Shown here one piece after another: positions 9,798 to 20,556 of a DNA stretch of 64,000 nt. Under the pieces are notes generated by a model, which had not been told where the DNA came from, ran no database searches, and saw nothing but the letters and a program-made list of their open reading frames with translations. Numbering within the stretch: the first letter of the stretch is position 1; every line of letters starts with the position of its first letter. Origin of the DNA: Candidatus Poribacteria bacterium (GTDB taxonomy: Bacteria; Poribacteria; WGA-4E; WGA-3G); contig CBDBFU010000003.1 of NCBI GenBank assembly GCA_965205025.1, positions 64,001 to 128,000 of the forward strand. Reading direction: 5' to 3'. Both the position numbers and the translations under genes were made by a program.

Positions 9798-9910
9798 ATT
9801 ATCTGATTGATACCAATTTTTTGTTGCGAATTATAGGTAGTAATGATCCGCGTTATGCGAGGTAGTAATGATCCGCGTTATGCGAGGTAGTAATGATCCG
9901 CGTTATGCGG
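9794..9910 (+). pseudogene. Truncated VapC/PIN toxin, ending in a 25-bp tandem triplication
   Basis: MNYLIDTNFLLRIIGSNDPRYA (PIN xDTN motif); ggtagtaatgatccgcgttatgcga x3 at 9836-9910. Confidence 0.65.
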
Positions 9911-9971
9911 AATCGGTGGTTCAGACAAATAAAACTCATTACCTAAAAAACAAAATTGTATCAAGAAACAA

Positions 9972-10586
9972 TCAATCTTCTACAGATATTGAAAATATGA
10001 CATTTTCGCTATTTTCTGGTGGATTCATTCGACTTAATGAATTTCTGAATTTCTGTGCCGCCTTTCTGTGTTTAGGATTATCACTGTTTTCAAGTTTAGA
10101 AATATAGTTTTGTAATTCCTCAAAAGAATTAGTTTGGAATGTAGGATTGCCCTTTGTTGGCACTAAATCATTAAAGACAGTAGGTCTTTCTCCCCAATCC
10201 ACATCAACATGCTCATTGACTTTTAACGATCCGTTTTTGATAAGCTCCTCTATGATAGGATTATCTAAATCCTCTTTTATAGTCACTTGTGATTTGGCTA
10301 AGTCCTCATTTGATTTTGGATCAACATCATCTGATCGCTCACGGTTTTCTGTAGCCAAATTCTGTTGGTTACTACCAGGTTGTTGTCGCTGTTTTGCATT
10401 TTTTATATTCTGTCTATTCTGTCGCACAATTTTCATTTCTGCTTGAGTTGGAGCTCTAAACACTTTTTCGGGCGTACTTAATTTCTGTTGCTGAGATATA
10501 CTGTAGGCATATAAACCTAAAGAAACTATCGCAATTAACAACAAAAATATAACGGTAGTTCTTTTTAAAAATTTTTGATTTAGCAT
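9972..10586 (-). CDS. Hypothetical membrane-anchored protein
   Basis: N-terminal TM helix, GGAGG RBS, 204-aa ORF. Confidence 0.7.
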   Translation of the reverse strand: MLNQKFLKRTTVIFLLLIAIVSLGLYAYSISQQQKLSTPEKVFRAPTQAEMKIVRQNRQNIKNAKQRQQPGSNQQNLATENRERSDDVDPKSNEDLAKSQVTIKEDLDNPIIEELIKNGSLKVNEHVDVDWGERPTVFNDLVPTKGNPTFQTNSFEELQNYISKLENSDNPKHRKAAQKFRNSLSRMNPPENSENVIFSISVED

Positions 10587-10788
10587 GTGTTATACGCCTC
10601 CACAGTTGTAGAAAATGAAACTAAATTATAGCGTAATTTACAAACCTTTCATTAATTATACTTTAAATATAATCAAAAGTAAACATAAGAGAATAGTGCT
10701 CTTAGCCTTGTATATCGTCGAATCTGCAGTTCAGACAAACCAAAACACATTACCTAAAATACCAACCGTACAAAATACCACTCTTCTC

Positions 10789-10826
10789 TGTGTAATCCGT
10801 GTAATCCGCGTAATCCGTGATTCTGA
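10789..10826. repeat. 9-bp gtaatccgy tandem repeat ending in gtgattc; related copies near 5044, 9340, 9422 and 11891
   Basis: tgtgtaatccgtgtaatccgcgtaatccgtgattctga. Confidence 0.65.
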
Positions 10827-11280
10827 AAAAATTTGAAGATAGTCAACACGATTGGCTACAAATAGAAAACATAACAATTGAATAATTTTATGGGAAACAG
10901 ACGACTGGAAACAACTAAACATAGAAACTCATTAAATAACAGAATACACTTGACATCCACATTTAAGCATGTTACTATTTATATAACAATATATGAATGC
11001 AATACTTTACATTGGGTTCCAAAACAATACATTAGAAGGCAAGTAAAAGACACTAAATTATTCATTTTTGCAAATTCTTGTCACCTTAAAAAAGTGGCTG
11101 TAAACCCAGTGTAGTACTGGTGGGATAAGGGATTTACCAATGTCACACCATGTGACAAAAAGTGTAACTTTTTTAAACATTTAGATAGTATAGTTATTAC
11201 AACTGTGAAGTTTGAAAATGAGTAGATTATCCGTGGTTCAGATAAACAAAACGACATAAAAAACACAACGGAGGAATCTT

Positions 11281-11772
11281 ATGTACAAATTCTTTCTACC
11301 TATTATGGTGTTGTGTATACTCATGATCGGTTGTATTCCGGAATCTCCATTAGATTCTGATGATACCGACGATCTAATAAACATCTATACAAAATATTCT
11401 TTGGAAGGAGCTAAGGTAGTTGCTAACGATGGAACTAACACATTTCTTGGAGAAATCACTGGAAAATATAATATCAACTCTATATTCAACAAGTACGGTA
11501 TGTATGGGAGCAAATATAGTGTAACGTCTATATGGAATCCATATAGTATATATGGGAGTGAATATAGCGTATATAGTGCCTTTAATGAGTACACTTTCAA
11601 GCCACCAAAAATAATAAAAAACAACAAAAGAATAGGTTATCTCACCACTAACAATCTTGTTACCGGGGGGTTAGTCCATCCCTTCTTCTGTCGATTTTCT
11701 AACCACAAATCCAGGGTTATTTTCTTCTGTAGGAGGGAACTCCGATTCCCGACTCTTACATTTCTTCTGTAA
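11281..11772 (+). CDS. Hypothetical lipoprotein with SIxNxYGxYGSxYS repeats; the true stop is probably near 11702 (indel in a G-run)
   Basis: Lipobox MIGC, GGAGG RBS, repeats SIFNKYGMYGSKYS/SIWNPYSIYGSEYS; the ORF tail runs into a REP. Confidence 0.75.
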   Translation: MYKFFLPIMVLCILMIGCIPESPLDSDDTDDLINIYTKYSLEGAKVVANDGTNTFLGEITGKYNINSIFNKYGMYGSKYSVTSIWNPYSIYGSEYSVYSAFNEYTFKPPKIIKNNKRIGYLTTNNLVTGGLVHPFFCRFSNHKSRVIFFCRRELRFPTLTFLL

Positions 11773-11990
11773 GCGGGGATTCCAAACCACGATTTTTCAA
11801 ATTCCTATTCATCCCTTGGTAGGATCGTTTTCAAACAGTGCCGAAGTTCCAGCATTGAAAGAGAATCTTACAAACAATAACCATTCTTTTCCGCGTAATC
11901 CGCGATTAAGAAAATAAAATCATCCGTATACCAAACCCTCTTCTCCACGTAATCCAACGAATTCTCAGCGAATGCCCCAGTGAATGCCCT

Positions 11991-12090
11991 ATGAAGATTA
12001 AATAAATATTTCGGTAATCCATTTCATAAATTATCGTAGAAACGGGGTTTCCCCGTCCGTATATTACTGAATTTAAAAGTTAATCTTGAT
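11991..12090. mobile_element. MITE family B (TIR atgaagattaa...ttaatctt(c/g)at)
   Basis: Imperfect ~29-bp TIRs; related copy at 34219-34363. Confidence 0.7.
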
Positions 12091-12105
12091 TAGACATTCA
12101 CCCGA

Positions 12106-12540
12106 ACTGTATCCGTTCTAAAGATACATGGGTATCTTCAATATAGAGCTGTCTACGAAATATTTATAGAAGATATATTTGAACCACATTCTTGAGTCCC
12201 ATAGGGACGGAATGTATATAGCAAAGATGCTTGCTTAATATTCTTGAGTCCCGTAGGGACGGAATGTTTATAGATAAACGGGACTGTATCCGTTCTAAAG
12301 ACACATAGGTGTCTTCAATAGACCTGTCTACGAAATGTTTATAGAAGGTCATACGTCTCATGAAAACTCCACCTATATGTTGATATAGACATTCCGTCCC
12401 TACGGGACTCATTCGGTCAATTGATCTGTTTTCTATAGACATTCCGTCCCTACGGGACTCATAACCTATAAACCATAGTCTAATTGACACTAATGAATCA
12501 ACGGTATGAATGCCGTTTAGGCATTCCCAGGGACTCATAA
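12106..12540. repeat. REP cluster (gagtcccgtagggacggaatg, direct and inverted copies) with an internal ~65-bp duplication
   Basis: Copies near 12195, 12246, 12390 (rc) and 12440 (rc); actgtatccgttctaaaga... at 12106 and 12283. Confidence 0.8.
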
Positions 12541-12762
12541 ATCTTTATATGATTGTTCCTGTCACACTTAAATCATAATGTAGGTGTATCAATTGGAAAT
12601 GGTATTAATTCACAATTAAAATATCGTCACAAATGGTAAAGACTGCTACAATAGTTGACATAATAGGGTTATCTTCTTTATTTAGATAAATACATTATAG
12701 AGATATCCTATGGATTTATAAAATATATACTATGTAGCAAATTAGATTAGAATAGGTGGATA

Positions 12763-13902
12763 ATGAAAAATCAGAAGATTATCATCATTGGTGGCGGTGT
12801 AATTGGTCTTGGTATCGGGTGGCAACTGGCGAAAGCGGGGGCAGATGTCACCATTCATGAACGAGGACAAGTCGGACGCGGTGCATCATGGGCAGCCGGT
12901 GGTATGCTCGGTCCAATTGCTGAAGCACATATAGACGAACTCGACCTGCTCAAACTCAGTAATCAAAGTTTAGACCGTTACCCAGAATGGGTCGATGAGT
13001 TAGAAACAGAAACAGAAATGCGTATCGGTTACCGCGCAGAGGGTACACTCATTATAGGTATTCAACCAGATGATAAATATCAGCTCGAACATGCATATAA
13101 TTTATATAAAGATTTAGGGTTGCATGTAGAGTGGTTGAGCGGAGATGAAGCACGTAGAATTGAAGGGGCACTATCACCTTATGTGACCGCAGCTATTCGT
13201 TGTGAAACTGATCATCAAGTAGATAACCGACTGATGACACAGGCACTTCAACGTGCTTATGAGGCACGCGGCGGTGTGATACATCATAATAGTCCAGTAA
13301 GGAGAATTACTATAGAAAACGGAACTGTAACAGGAGTTCAAACACAAGAAGGTTTTCAAGGTACAGATGTATGTATTCTTGCCGCAGGATGTTGGTCTGG
13401 TCAGATCGACGGGTTACCGGATTCAATTATTCCTCCCGTTCGTCCCGTAAAAGGTCAGTTGTTGGCGTTACAAATGCGTAAGGATATCATGATCAGTAAC
13501 GTCATCCGTACTGTCAAGGCAAGGTATCCGATGCCAGTATATTTAGTGCCGCGAAAAGATGGAAGACTTGTCATCGGTGCAACAACTGAAGAGATCGGGT
13601 TTGATACGGATCTGAACGTTGGTGGAATATATGAACTCCTCCATGGAGCGTTTGAAGCTGTACCTGGTATTTATGAACTTCCACTCATAGAGACTTGGTC
13701 AGGTTTACGACCCGGTAGTAGCGATAATGCTCCCATACTTGGTAAAACACCTGTCGAAAATCTAATTTATGCAACAGGACACTATCGTAACGGTATCTTA
13801 CTCACACCCATCACAGCCTACGAGATCGCTAACCTTATTCTAACCGGTGAGACTCCAGAGACAATTGCCCCATTTCATTTGGACAGGTTTTCAAAGGAAT
13901 AG
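12763..13902 (+). CDS. thiO: Glycine oxidase ThiO
   Basis: IIGGGVIG, ASWAAGGML, VRPVKGQ, GLRPG, ATGHYRNGILLTPITA. Confidence 0.92.
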   Translation: MKNQKIIIIGGGVIGLGIGWQLAKAGADVTIHERGQVGRGASWAAGGMLGPIAEAHIDELDLLKLSNQSLDRYPEWVDELETETEMRIGYRAEGTLIIGIQPDDKYQLEHAYNLYKDLGLHVEWLSGDEARRIEGALSPYVTAAIRCETDHQVDNRLMTQALQRAYEARGGVIHHNSPVRRITIENGTVTGVQTQEGFQGTDVCILAAGCWSGQIDGLPDSIIPPVRPVKGQLLALQMRKDIMISNVIRTVKARYPMPVYLVPRKDGRLVIGATTEEIGFDTDLNVGGIYELLHGAFEAVPGIYELPLIETWSGLRPGSSDNAPILGKTPVENLIYATGHYRNGILLTPITAYEIANLILTGETPETIAPFHLDRFSKE

Positions 13903-14055
13903 GATCAATAGAAAAGTTGGTGATGTTAGTGTGAATATAGTATATTAAAAAAGCAAATCGTTTGTTTCGAAATAGTCCATCTTTGATATTTTAGACACAA
14001 ACACCATACACATAGGAACATGTCATGTCTTATCCTAAGAGAATGAAGGTATATT

Positions 14056-16023
14056 CTATCTATAAAATGAATAGACTGCTACTCCCCAGATGAGTCTTAT
14101 GACTACCCAAGCACCACCAACGATAAACTCACCCAAGATTAAGCCTAAAAACAAAGGTAGCACTTTCTGGTAGAGTCGTATTCCTCCGAACCTAAGAATA
14201 AGATTCTTCGCAGCCCAACTAACAAATACTGAAAACCAGAGCCATCCAAATGTCCAGATACTACTCGCTACAGCATATCCAGTCGGATGGAAAGGGAACA
14301 TTGGAAAACGGGTTCTCAACCACCACAGTAAACCAGTAAATAAGAAACCTACCCCCATGAAACCAACCGCTGGTAAGTTCGTTTCACTGGGATAATACAG
14401 CCAAGTTCTAAGTCTGTTATAACCCCCATTACCTAATCCCGGATTCGCACCAATTTCATAAGATACTACTAAATATGACCAAAAGGAAGCGAGAATCCCA
14501 AAAAACACACCACACATCATTGCTATTACCATCCTATTTGTTTTCATGTTTCCCACTTCAGCGAGTTTAAATCCTTCCAATGTATGGGGCATAGGATGGG
14601 CGCGATAGCCTCGATTAAAAGCATAGTATAGAGACATCATTGTTAAACTACGCGGTGGAATCATTCTCGATCCAAATGAATCCATAATAAACTGGCGCGG
14701 ATTAGCAACAAACATCTCATGTGTAGGTGGACCTACCTCCGCCCTAACTCTTGTAATTCCAAGTGCAAGTAGATAATAGATTAAAAAATATATCGCTATC
14801 ATCCAAAATGCCATACCTCCATAACCAGAAAAGATAAATATAAATAGGATTCCGGCTATTAATCCAATTAATGGAAACCAGTAATTATTCGTATCATGCA
14901 TATCAGACGATACTTTTGTTGAAATATCACTATGTGTTCTAAATGTATGTAGTAATTTACTACCAATATTATAGAAATGTTTTCTTCCTCCATATAGTCC
15001 AAAACAGGCAATGGCAAGATATGCCCCTACTCCTTGTGGTCCATCATAAGGAAATCCAGGTAATACTTGAAGTCCCATTGCCCTTCCAAGGATACGCTCT
15101 CCTTTCCAAAACAGATAAAAAAACCAGAGCGAAAAAGACATCTCTAACGGCATCAAAAATGCCAGTCCTACACCAAATGACAAGATATAAATCGGTGTCC
15201 ATCCAATTGCATCCCACGGTTTTTCTGTGAAATACCTACCAAGGTCTGCCTTACGCACCGGTATTTCTGGAAACACTGGAAAGAACGCATGTATACCATT
15301 GATTAGATCAATTCCTCCTGCAATAGCAAATCCAATCCATAACATCTTGTTTTTAAAGAGTCTTCCATCTTGATAAGTCATTTCTATCGGTAAGCGAACT
15401 ATGGGGTAAGTTAACCGTTCTCGTTCTATCCACTGTTTTCGTAACAACAAGTCAATACATATCATTATCCAAATTAACACGGATAATAATATTGTCCACC
15501 AGAAAATAGGTTTCCACCATGCTAAGAGATATTTATTCCTATAAAATGTGGTATCTCCATCATAGAAATCTTGTAATACAGACAGATTGTTAAGTGTCAT
15601 CCAACTCGGTAAATGTCTCCAAAATAGCTGTTGCCACTCATTTTCTGGGGTGGCAAACCAAAACGCATTCGGAATTACCGGTACAACTGTCTGCATCATG
15701 TCATGTCCCGCAATTGCTGATGAGAGTGAAAGAATCACATAAATCGTTAGCAATTCACCTTGACGTAAAGCATATCGAGGGAGTAATGTCCTAAGTAGGA
15801 GATTAAGACCTGTCAATAAAGTAAGGGTTATCACTACATTGTAGATCAAAGACATCGTAGTTGGCAAAGTACTCCAAAATCGAAGATGGTTTGCCATGAT
15901 AAAGTAGGTATTTGGTGGAATGAGTATGATGCCTATAAGGACAGAACGAAAAGTAACACCGTATAACTTTTTATGGTATTCTGTATCTGTTCTATTTATA
16001 TGTTTTTCAGATAAATTTGACAT
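14056..16023 (-). CDS. Large polytopic membrane protein (DUF6785/DUF6784-like, putative transporter)
   Basis: Many TM helices; RKQWIERERLTYPIV, FPFHPTGY, ILRFGGIRLY...FLGLILGEF motifs. Confidence 0.7.
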   Translation of the reverse strand: MSNLSEKHINRTDTEYHKKLYGVTFRSVLIGIILIPPNTYFIMANHLRFWSTLPTTMSLIYNVVITLTLLTGLNLLLRTLLPRYALRQGELLTIYVILSLSSAIAGHDMMQTVVPVIPNAFWFATPENEWQQLFWRHLPSWMTLNNLSVLQDFYDGDTTFYRNKYLLAWWKPIFWWTILLSVLIWIMICIDLLLRKQWIERERLTYPIVRLPIEMTYQDGRLFKNKMLWIGFAIAGGIDLINGIHAFFPVFPEIPVRKADLGRYFTEKPWDAIGWTPIYILSFGVGLAFLMPLEMSFSLWFFYLFWKGERILGRAMGLQVLPGFPYDGPQGVGAYLAIACFGLYGGRKHFYNIGSKLLHTFRTHSDISTKVSSDMHDTNNYWFPLIGLIAGILFIFIFSGYGGMAFWMIAIYFLIYYLLALGITRVRAEVGPPTHEMFVANPRQFIMDSFGSRMIPPRSLTMMSLYYAFNRGYRAHPMPHTLEGFKLAEVGNMKTNRMVIAMMCGVFFGILASFWSYLVVSYEIGANPGLGNGGYNRLRTWLYYPSETNLPAVGFMGVGFLFTGLLWWLRTRFPMFPFHPTGYAVASSIWTFGWLWFSVFVSWAAKNLILRFGGIRLYQKVLPLFLGLILGEFIVGGAWVVIRLIWGVAVYSFYR

Positions 16024-16202
16024 ATACTTAGTATGTGAAAGATGGGGATCTATTATATGATATGTATTGGAATGTGTTGGAAAGTGTTCTTATACTATTT
16101 TCAATTGAAGTCATATATTACAATTTTACACTATTAAGGACCAATTAACTATAGATTTATAGTTCAAATGGGACGAAATGTTTATAGAAATAATTCGTTG
16201 AC

Positions 16203-16985
16203 TTATCTGTCCCAGGAATTAGTCTTTTTGAAAAGCAATAATAGAATTGGAAAAAGTAATAGAGATAGAATTAGATACAAACAGGAATTGTATAACCACA
16301 AATTAGATCTACCAGCATAAAGGATCGAGGATAGACCGGTGAATGAACTAAGAATATCAAGATAATATATATTAAACGGAAAAAATGGCAAGAGCGGGAT
16401 CAGAGTGATAAAAAGAATAATTACATAACTTACACCTTTTGCAGTTGTGATAGGAAAACACAATCCACAGATATAACCAATTATGCTAAAAAGGATGCCA
16501 TTAATTGTAAGTATTATCCCACACTTAGCCAATTGCCATATCGTATATCCTCCAATATAACTTGATAATGAGAATATCGGAATTAGAAACCATACACTCC
16601 ATAATGTCCAAATTACAACAGCAAATATTTTTCCAATTAAGATCTCCATATCCGTAAGTTTGGATAACTTAAGGAATGCGATATTTCCAATACCAACATT
16701 TAGACTATTAACATTATTCTTTTCATGTTGCTCTATACTCAATATTTCAACAGCATGCCGCGGAACAAGAAATGTAATAAATAACATACTAATGATGAAC
16801 AGTGAATATGTCTGATGACCAGGATTAAAACTATCTGCTATCTGGTTTTCAATTCCATACGAATAATACTCTGTAAGACTACTAAAAAAGACTATTATAA
16901 GTAAGACTAATACAGTAAAATGCATCAATCTATATCGGCGTGAATTCGAATATATAGATATGTCCTTAATTATTATTGACAGCAT
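16203..16985 (-). CDS. ABC-2-type permease-like membrane protein
   Basis: ~6 TM helices; LSKLTDMEILIGKI motif. Confidence 0.55.
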   Translation of the reverse strand: MLSIIIKDISIYSNSRRYRLMHFTVLVLLIIVFFSSLTEYYSYGIENQIADSFNPGHQTYSLFIISMLFITFLVPRHAVEILSIEQHEKNNVNSLNVGIGNIAFLKLSKLTDMEILIGKIFAVVIWTLWSVWFLIPIFSLSSYIGGYTIWQLAKCGIILTINGILFSIIGYICGLCFPITTAKGVSYVIILFITLIPLLPFFPFNIYYLDILSSFTGLSSILYAGRSNLWLYNSCLYLILSLLLFPILLLLFKKTNSWDR

Positions 16986-17117
16986 TTTATTTATACACAG
17001 AAGAAAATTGCTTTTTTACATACCTTAGAACTGACTGTATATTGACTGAATAATATAATGATGTTATTCTAACAATATGTTCTATCTCAATCCCATTAAC
17101 AATTTTAGGAGTTATCT

Positions 17118-18308
17118 ATGTCAAAACTCAATATCGCTTTAATCGGTGCAGGACGTAGAGGTGGGGGTTCCCATCTACCTGTAATTGCGAAACTAAAAGA
17201 TATATATAATCTCGTTGCAATCTGTGATATCAATGAGGAAACCGCAAAACAATATGCCAAACAATACAATGCCAACCCATACACTAATGTACGAGATCTC
17301 GTTGAACACGAGAAAATTGATGTCGTGGATATTACAGTTCCAGGTGTTGCGCATCATTCTATTGCCTGTTTTCTTGCTGATGCTGGGATACATATAATCT
17401 GTGAAACTCCTATTGCTGTAACATTACCAACATCCGATATGATGATTGAAAGTGCGAAAAAGAATAACATTAAACTTGAGGTGGCAGAAAATTACTATAG
17501 AGCACCAAGGGAGAGATTCTTGTCAAAGGTGATTAACGCCGATATCATTGGAGATGTCGCACGTATTTATCGGATCTTCTATGAAGGTGGATATCATGGT
17601 ATGAGTATGCTTCGTTTACGAGCTGGTAGTGAACCAAAATCAGCTCTCGGTATTACCCAATCCTCACCTGTAATTCCAATCATTGACAGAATGAAACGTA
17701 ATCATACAAGTGAAAATTGGAGTTTAGGTTTTATTGAATTTAACAACAATGCTACTGCACTTATGGTCTACTCTAATGTCATACACGCACGTTCTTTAGG
17801 ACGAGGACAAACAGGTATATCACAAATTGATGGAAGTAAAGGGACGATAGTGGGTGACGAAATCTATGTTACTCCTGCGGATGATCTGCAATCAGGTGCT
17901 AAAGGAATACCACATCGGGCAAAACGAACAACAATTGATGTTGACGGAGTTGATGTAATTGATAAAATTGAGCTTGAACTACCTAATCAAACTGTAACTT
18001 GGGAGAATCCACTAAAAAAGTATCCTCTCTCAGAAGGACAAATTGCTGTCGCAGATGAACTCATTAGTATTGCTAAGGCTGTTAATGAAGACATTGAACC
18101 TGAATATGGTTATATCTTGGCAAGGCAAGACCAAGAAATGAACATTGCTATGAATGAATCAGGTAAAAGAAGCAAGGAAACAATTATGTTTCCAATCACT
18201 GACCTAACTGAAACAGAAAAAGGTACACATGAAAATTATGAAAACCAGTATGGACATCCAATAGAAGATATTGAAGCAGGTATTGATACCTTCTTTCCTC
18301 GTAGGTGA
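17118..18308 (+). CDS. Gfo/Idh/MocA family oxidoreductase
   Basis: IALIGAGRRG, LVAICDI, IICETPIA, VAENYYR. Confidence 0.9.
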   Translation: MSKLNIALIGAGRRGGGSHLPVIAKLKDIYNLVAICDINEETAKQYAKQYNANPYTNVRDLVEHEKIDVVDITVPGVAHHSIACFLADAGIHIICETPIAVTLPTSDMMIESAKKNNIKLEVAENYYRAPRERFLSKVINADIIGDVARIYRIFYEGGYHGMSMLRLRAGSEPKSALGITQSSPVIPIIDRMKRNHTSENWSLGFIEFNNNATALMVYSNVIHARSLGRGQTGISQIDGSKGTIVGDEIYVTPADDLQSGAKGIPHRAKRTTIDVDGVDVIDKIELELPNQTVTWENPLKKYPLSEGQIAVADELISIAKAVNEDIEPEYGYILARQDQEMNIAMNESGKRSKETIMFPITDLTETEKGTHENYENQYGHPIEDIEAGIDTFFPRR

Positions 18309-18384
18309 GAAATTCTTAAATTTTTGTAGACTTTGAATCTCACCTGGAAGGTTAGTCTACTTATCAAATTACCTTTGTTTTTTG

Positions 18385-18612
18385 TCAGTAAATCTCGAAA
18401 CCGAATTCAAGACAAATCCATGTGGATATGGGTCTGCTTCTACCTGGACAGTATAATCAAAGTTTAAATTGACACTTATAGTGATATATTATCACGGACC
18501 CAACACATGGTCAAGGGAATCTATACTGGAAGCAGCCTATCCAAACATCAATGTCTATGGTAGTGTATATCATTGCACGGATTAACCGAGATTAGGAAGT
18601 CCTACATACTGA
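18385..18612. ncRNA. Candidate structured RNA (long nested rod-like hairpin); family and strand unknown
   Basis: Nested complementary pairs tcagta/tactga, aatctcg/cgagatt, agaca/tgtct, ggata/tatcc, ctgcttc/gaagcag, cagtata/tatactg, ttgac/gtcaa, gtgata/tatcac. Confidence 0.4.
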
Positions 18613-18753
18613 TGTTGTAATGGAGAATTCAAGGAAATAAATCTGCGTTACTCTTACACCGAACACACGTTAAAATAGTTGTAAATACACTTTCTATATG
18701 ATATACTTTAATCCAGTTCTGTGTATAATTTAAAAACAGGAGGAATTTAGATA

Positions 18754-18978
18754 ATGATTGGCGGAATAGGTGGAATGGAAGTATTTATTCTTCTGGTTCT
18801 TGCACTCGTTATCTTCGGTCCTCAAAAGTTACCTGAAATGGGTAAGACTTTAGGAAAAGCCATTAGAGAATTTAAAAGTGCCGGTGATGAAATAAAACAA
18901 GAAATCACAAAGGTTACTGAAGATATTGATATCGAACCTGAGAAAACTATAAAACCCCCAAATCAACCAAAAGCCTAA
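18754..18978 (+). CDS. tatA: Twin-arginine translocase TatA/B subunit
   Basis: IGGMEV..LALVIFGPQKLPEMGKTLGKAIREFK. Confidence 0.93.
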   Translation: MIGGIGGMEVFILLVLALVIFGPQKLPEMGKTLGKAIREFKSAGDEIKQEITKVTEDIDIEPEKTIKPPNQPKA

Positions 18979-18991
18979 AATCAGGTAGAAT

Positions 18992-19813
18992 ATGGAATCC
19001 AATGATGTTGAAATGTCTATTTGGGAACATCTTGAAGAACTCAGACGACGCATCATATTAATTGCAATCGCTCTCGGTTTTTTTACAATAATTTGTCTTT
19101 CTTTTAGTAAGCCAATCGAAAAAGTAATTAAGTTTCCTTTAGAAACATCTTTTAAGATACTGCTGGCTGACACTTTGGATTCATTCTTTGAATCTGAAGG
19201 AACATTAATAGGTTTTTTTTCCTTATCACTAAGAGCAGGGGCATCAAAAATACAAGCTGAACTCTTCAAGGTAGGTCCAATTGAAGGGATCATGGCTTAT
19301 CTAAAATTAGGAATTACAGCTGGGTTTCTATTGGCTTCTCCGTTTGTTATATATCAATTATGGGCATTCATATTTCCAGCACTTACAATTAAGGAAAAGA
19401 AATATGCCCTACCTCTCTTTATAATTATTGTAATCTTCTTTATTATTGGCGCTACATTTGCGTATTTCATTGTTACCCCTGTCGTATTAGAATTCTCAGC
19501 AAAACTATTTCCTGATCTCGCCAATAGATGGGATCTTGACAAATACATCAGTTTTATTACAAAGATTATCTTAGGATTCGGTATCGCTTTTGAACTGCCA
19601 ATAGTCATGGCTTTTCTTGCTCGTATCGGAGTTATTGATTGGCGTGGTTTTAGTAGCAAACAACGACATGCGTTATTAGGTATCGCTGTTTTATCCGCAG
19701 TACTAACACCCGCAGATCCGTGGTCAATGCTACTCATGGCAATACCTTTATTCCTTCTTTATCAACTCGGTATTTTTTTCGCGTTCCTCATGGAAAAGGA
19801 GGTTGAAATATAA
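18992..19813 (+). CDS. tatC: Twin-arginine translocase TatC
   Basis: EHLEELRRR, YQLWAFIFPAL, FGIAFELP, AVLTPADP. Confidence 0.95.
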   Translation: MESNDVEMSIWEHLEELRRRIILIAIALGFFTIICLSFSKPIEKVIKFPLETSFKILLADTLDSFFESEGTLIGFFSLSLRAGASKIQAELFKVGPIEGIMAYLKLGITAGFLLASPFVIYQLWAFIFPALTIKEKKYALPLFIIIVIFFIIGATFAYFIVTPVVLEFSAKLFPDLANRWDLDKYISFITKIILGFGIAFELPIVMAFLARIGVIDWRGFSSKQRHALLGIAVLSAVLTPADPWSMLLMAIPLFLLYQLGIFFAFLMEKEVEI

Positions 19814-20556
19814 TGGCAAACGAATCTTTAAGACAGCAACTCGCAAACCTATACAAGCTACAAGAACATGATAGAGAGTTGTTGTCATATCACAAACGTC
19901 TTACAGAAATTCCAAGGCACATAGAGAAGTTAGAACAAAGTGTGACAAAATTCAAGACAGATATCTCTGCAAAATCTGATGAACTTGCTGAAATTGAAAA
20001 GAATCTACGGTCAATGAATATAGAATTAGAAACAAACGAAGAACAAAGAGAGAAATTTAGAAACGAACAACGAGAAGTAACAACAAATGACGCTTATGCC
20101 GCACTCGAAAATCAAATTGAATACCTAAATCAGAAAGATGCTGAAACTGAAGAACAGATATTAGAACTGATGGAAAAAGTTGATCTGATGAAGGAAGAAT
20201 TGGATAAACTCAACGATGAAGTGGCAAGTGAAGATAAAATAAAATCGAAAAAAACTGCAGAATTTCGTAAAGAACAGAAAGTATTAAAGGCAGATATTGA
20301 TAAGAGAATTCAAGAACGATCCCAATTTCTACCTAAAATTGATAAGACACTCGGTAATCAATATCAAAAATGGATTCAAAGAAATAAGGGAGATTTTGTA
20401 GCTTTAGGAAAAAATGGAACTTGTGGCAGTTGTCGACTTACTATCCATCCCCAAAGCCTAAAGGAAGCACAGAAGTATGAAAAATTGGTCTATTGTTCAA
20501 ACTGTAAACGAGTTTTATATGTAGAACCACTCTCTGCTGGTGAACAATATCCATAG
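19813..20556 (+). CDS. Coiled-coil C4 zinc-ribbon protein (DUF164/CdsZ-like)
   Basis: LYKLQEHD, long coiled coil, CGSC...CSNCKRVLY. Confidence 0.88.
   Translation: MANESLRQQLANLYKLQEHDRELLSYHKRLTEIPRHIEKLEQSVTKFKTDISAKSDELAEIEKNLRSMNIELETNEEQREKFRNEQREVTTNDAYAALENQIEYLNQKDAETEEQILELMEKVDLMKEELDKLNDEVASEDKIKSKKTAEFRKEQKVLKADIDKRIQERSQFLPKIDKTLGNQYQKWIQRNKGDFVALGKNGTCGSCRLTIHPQSLKEAQKYEKLVYCSNCKRVLYVEPLSAGEQYP

Noticed and set aside
9836-9910. Three 25-bp repeats as a CRISPR array
   Set aside because: Repeats are contiguous with no spacers, and there are no cas genes in the window.
12164-12538. 124-aa ORF; also the ORFs at 121..330, 6896..7105, 9868..10107 and 10615..11266
   Set aside because: These are translations of REP/MITE repeats or AT-rich intergenic DNA with no protein motifs.
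12540-12762. TPP riboswitch before thiO (also checked before tenA)
   Set aside because: No CTGAGA/ACCTGA core motifs found.
18509-18603. ggtca..ggaagcagcc as SRP RNA, or aggaagtcc as RNase P RNA
   Set aside because: The SRP GNRA tetraloop helix and the RNase P P4 partner are absent; only short words match.
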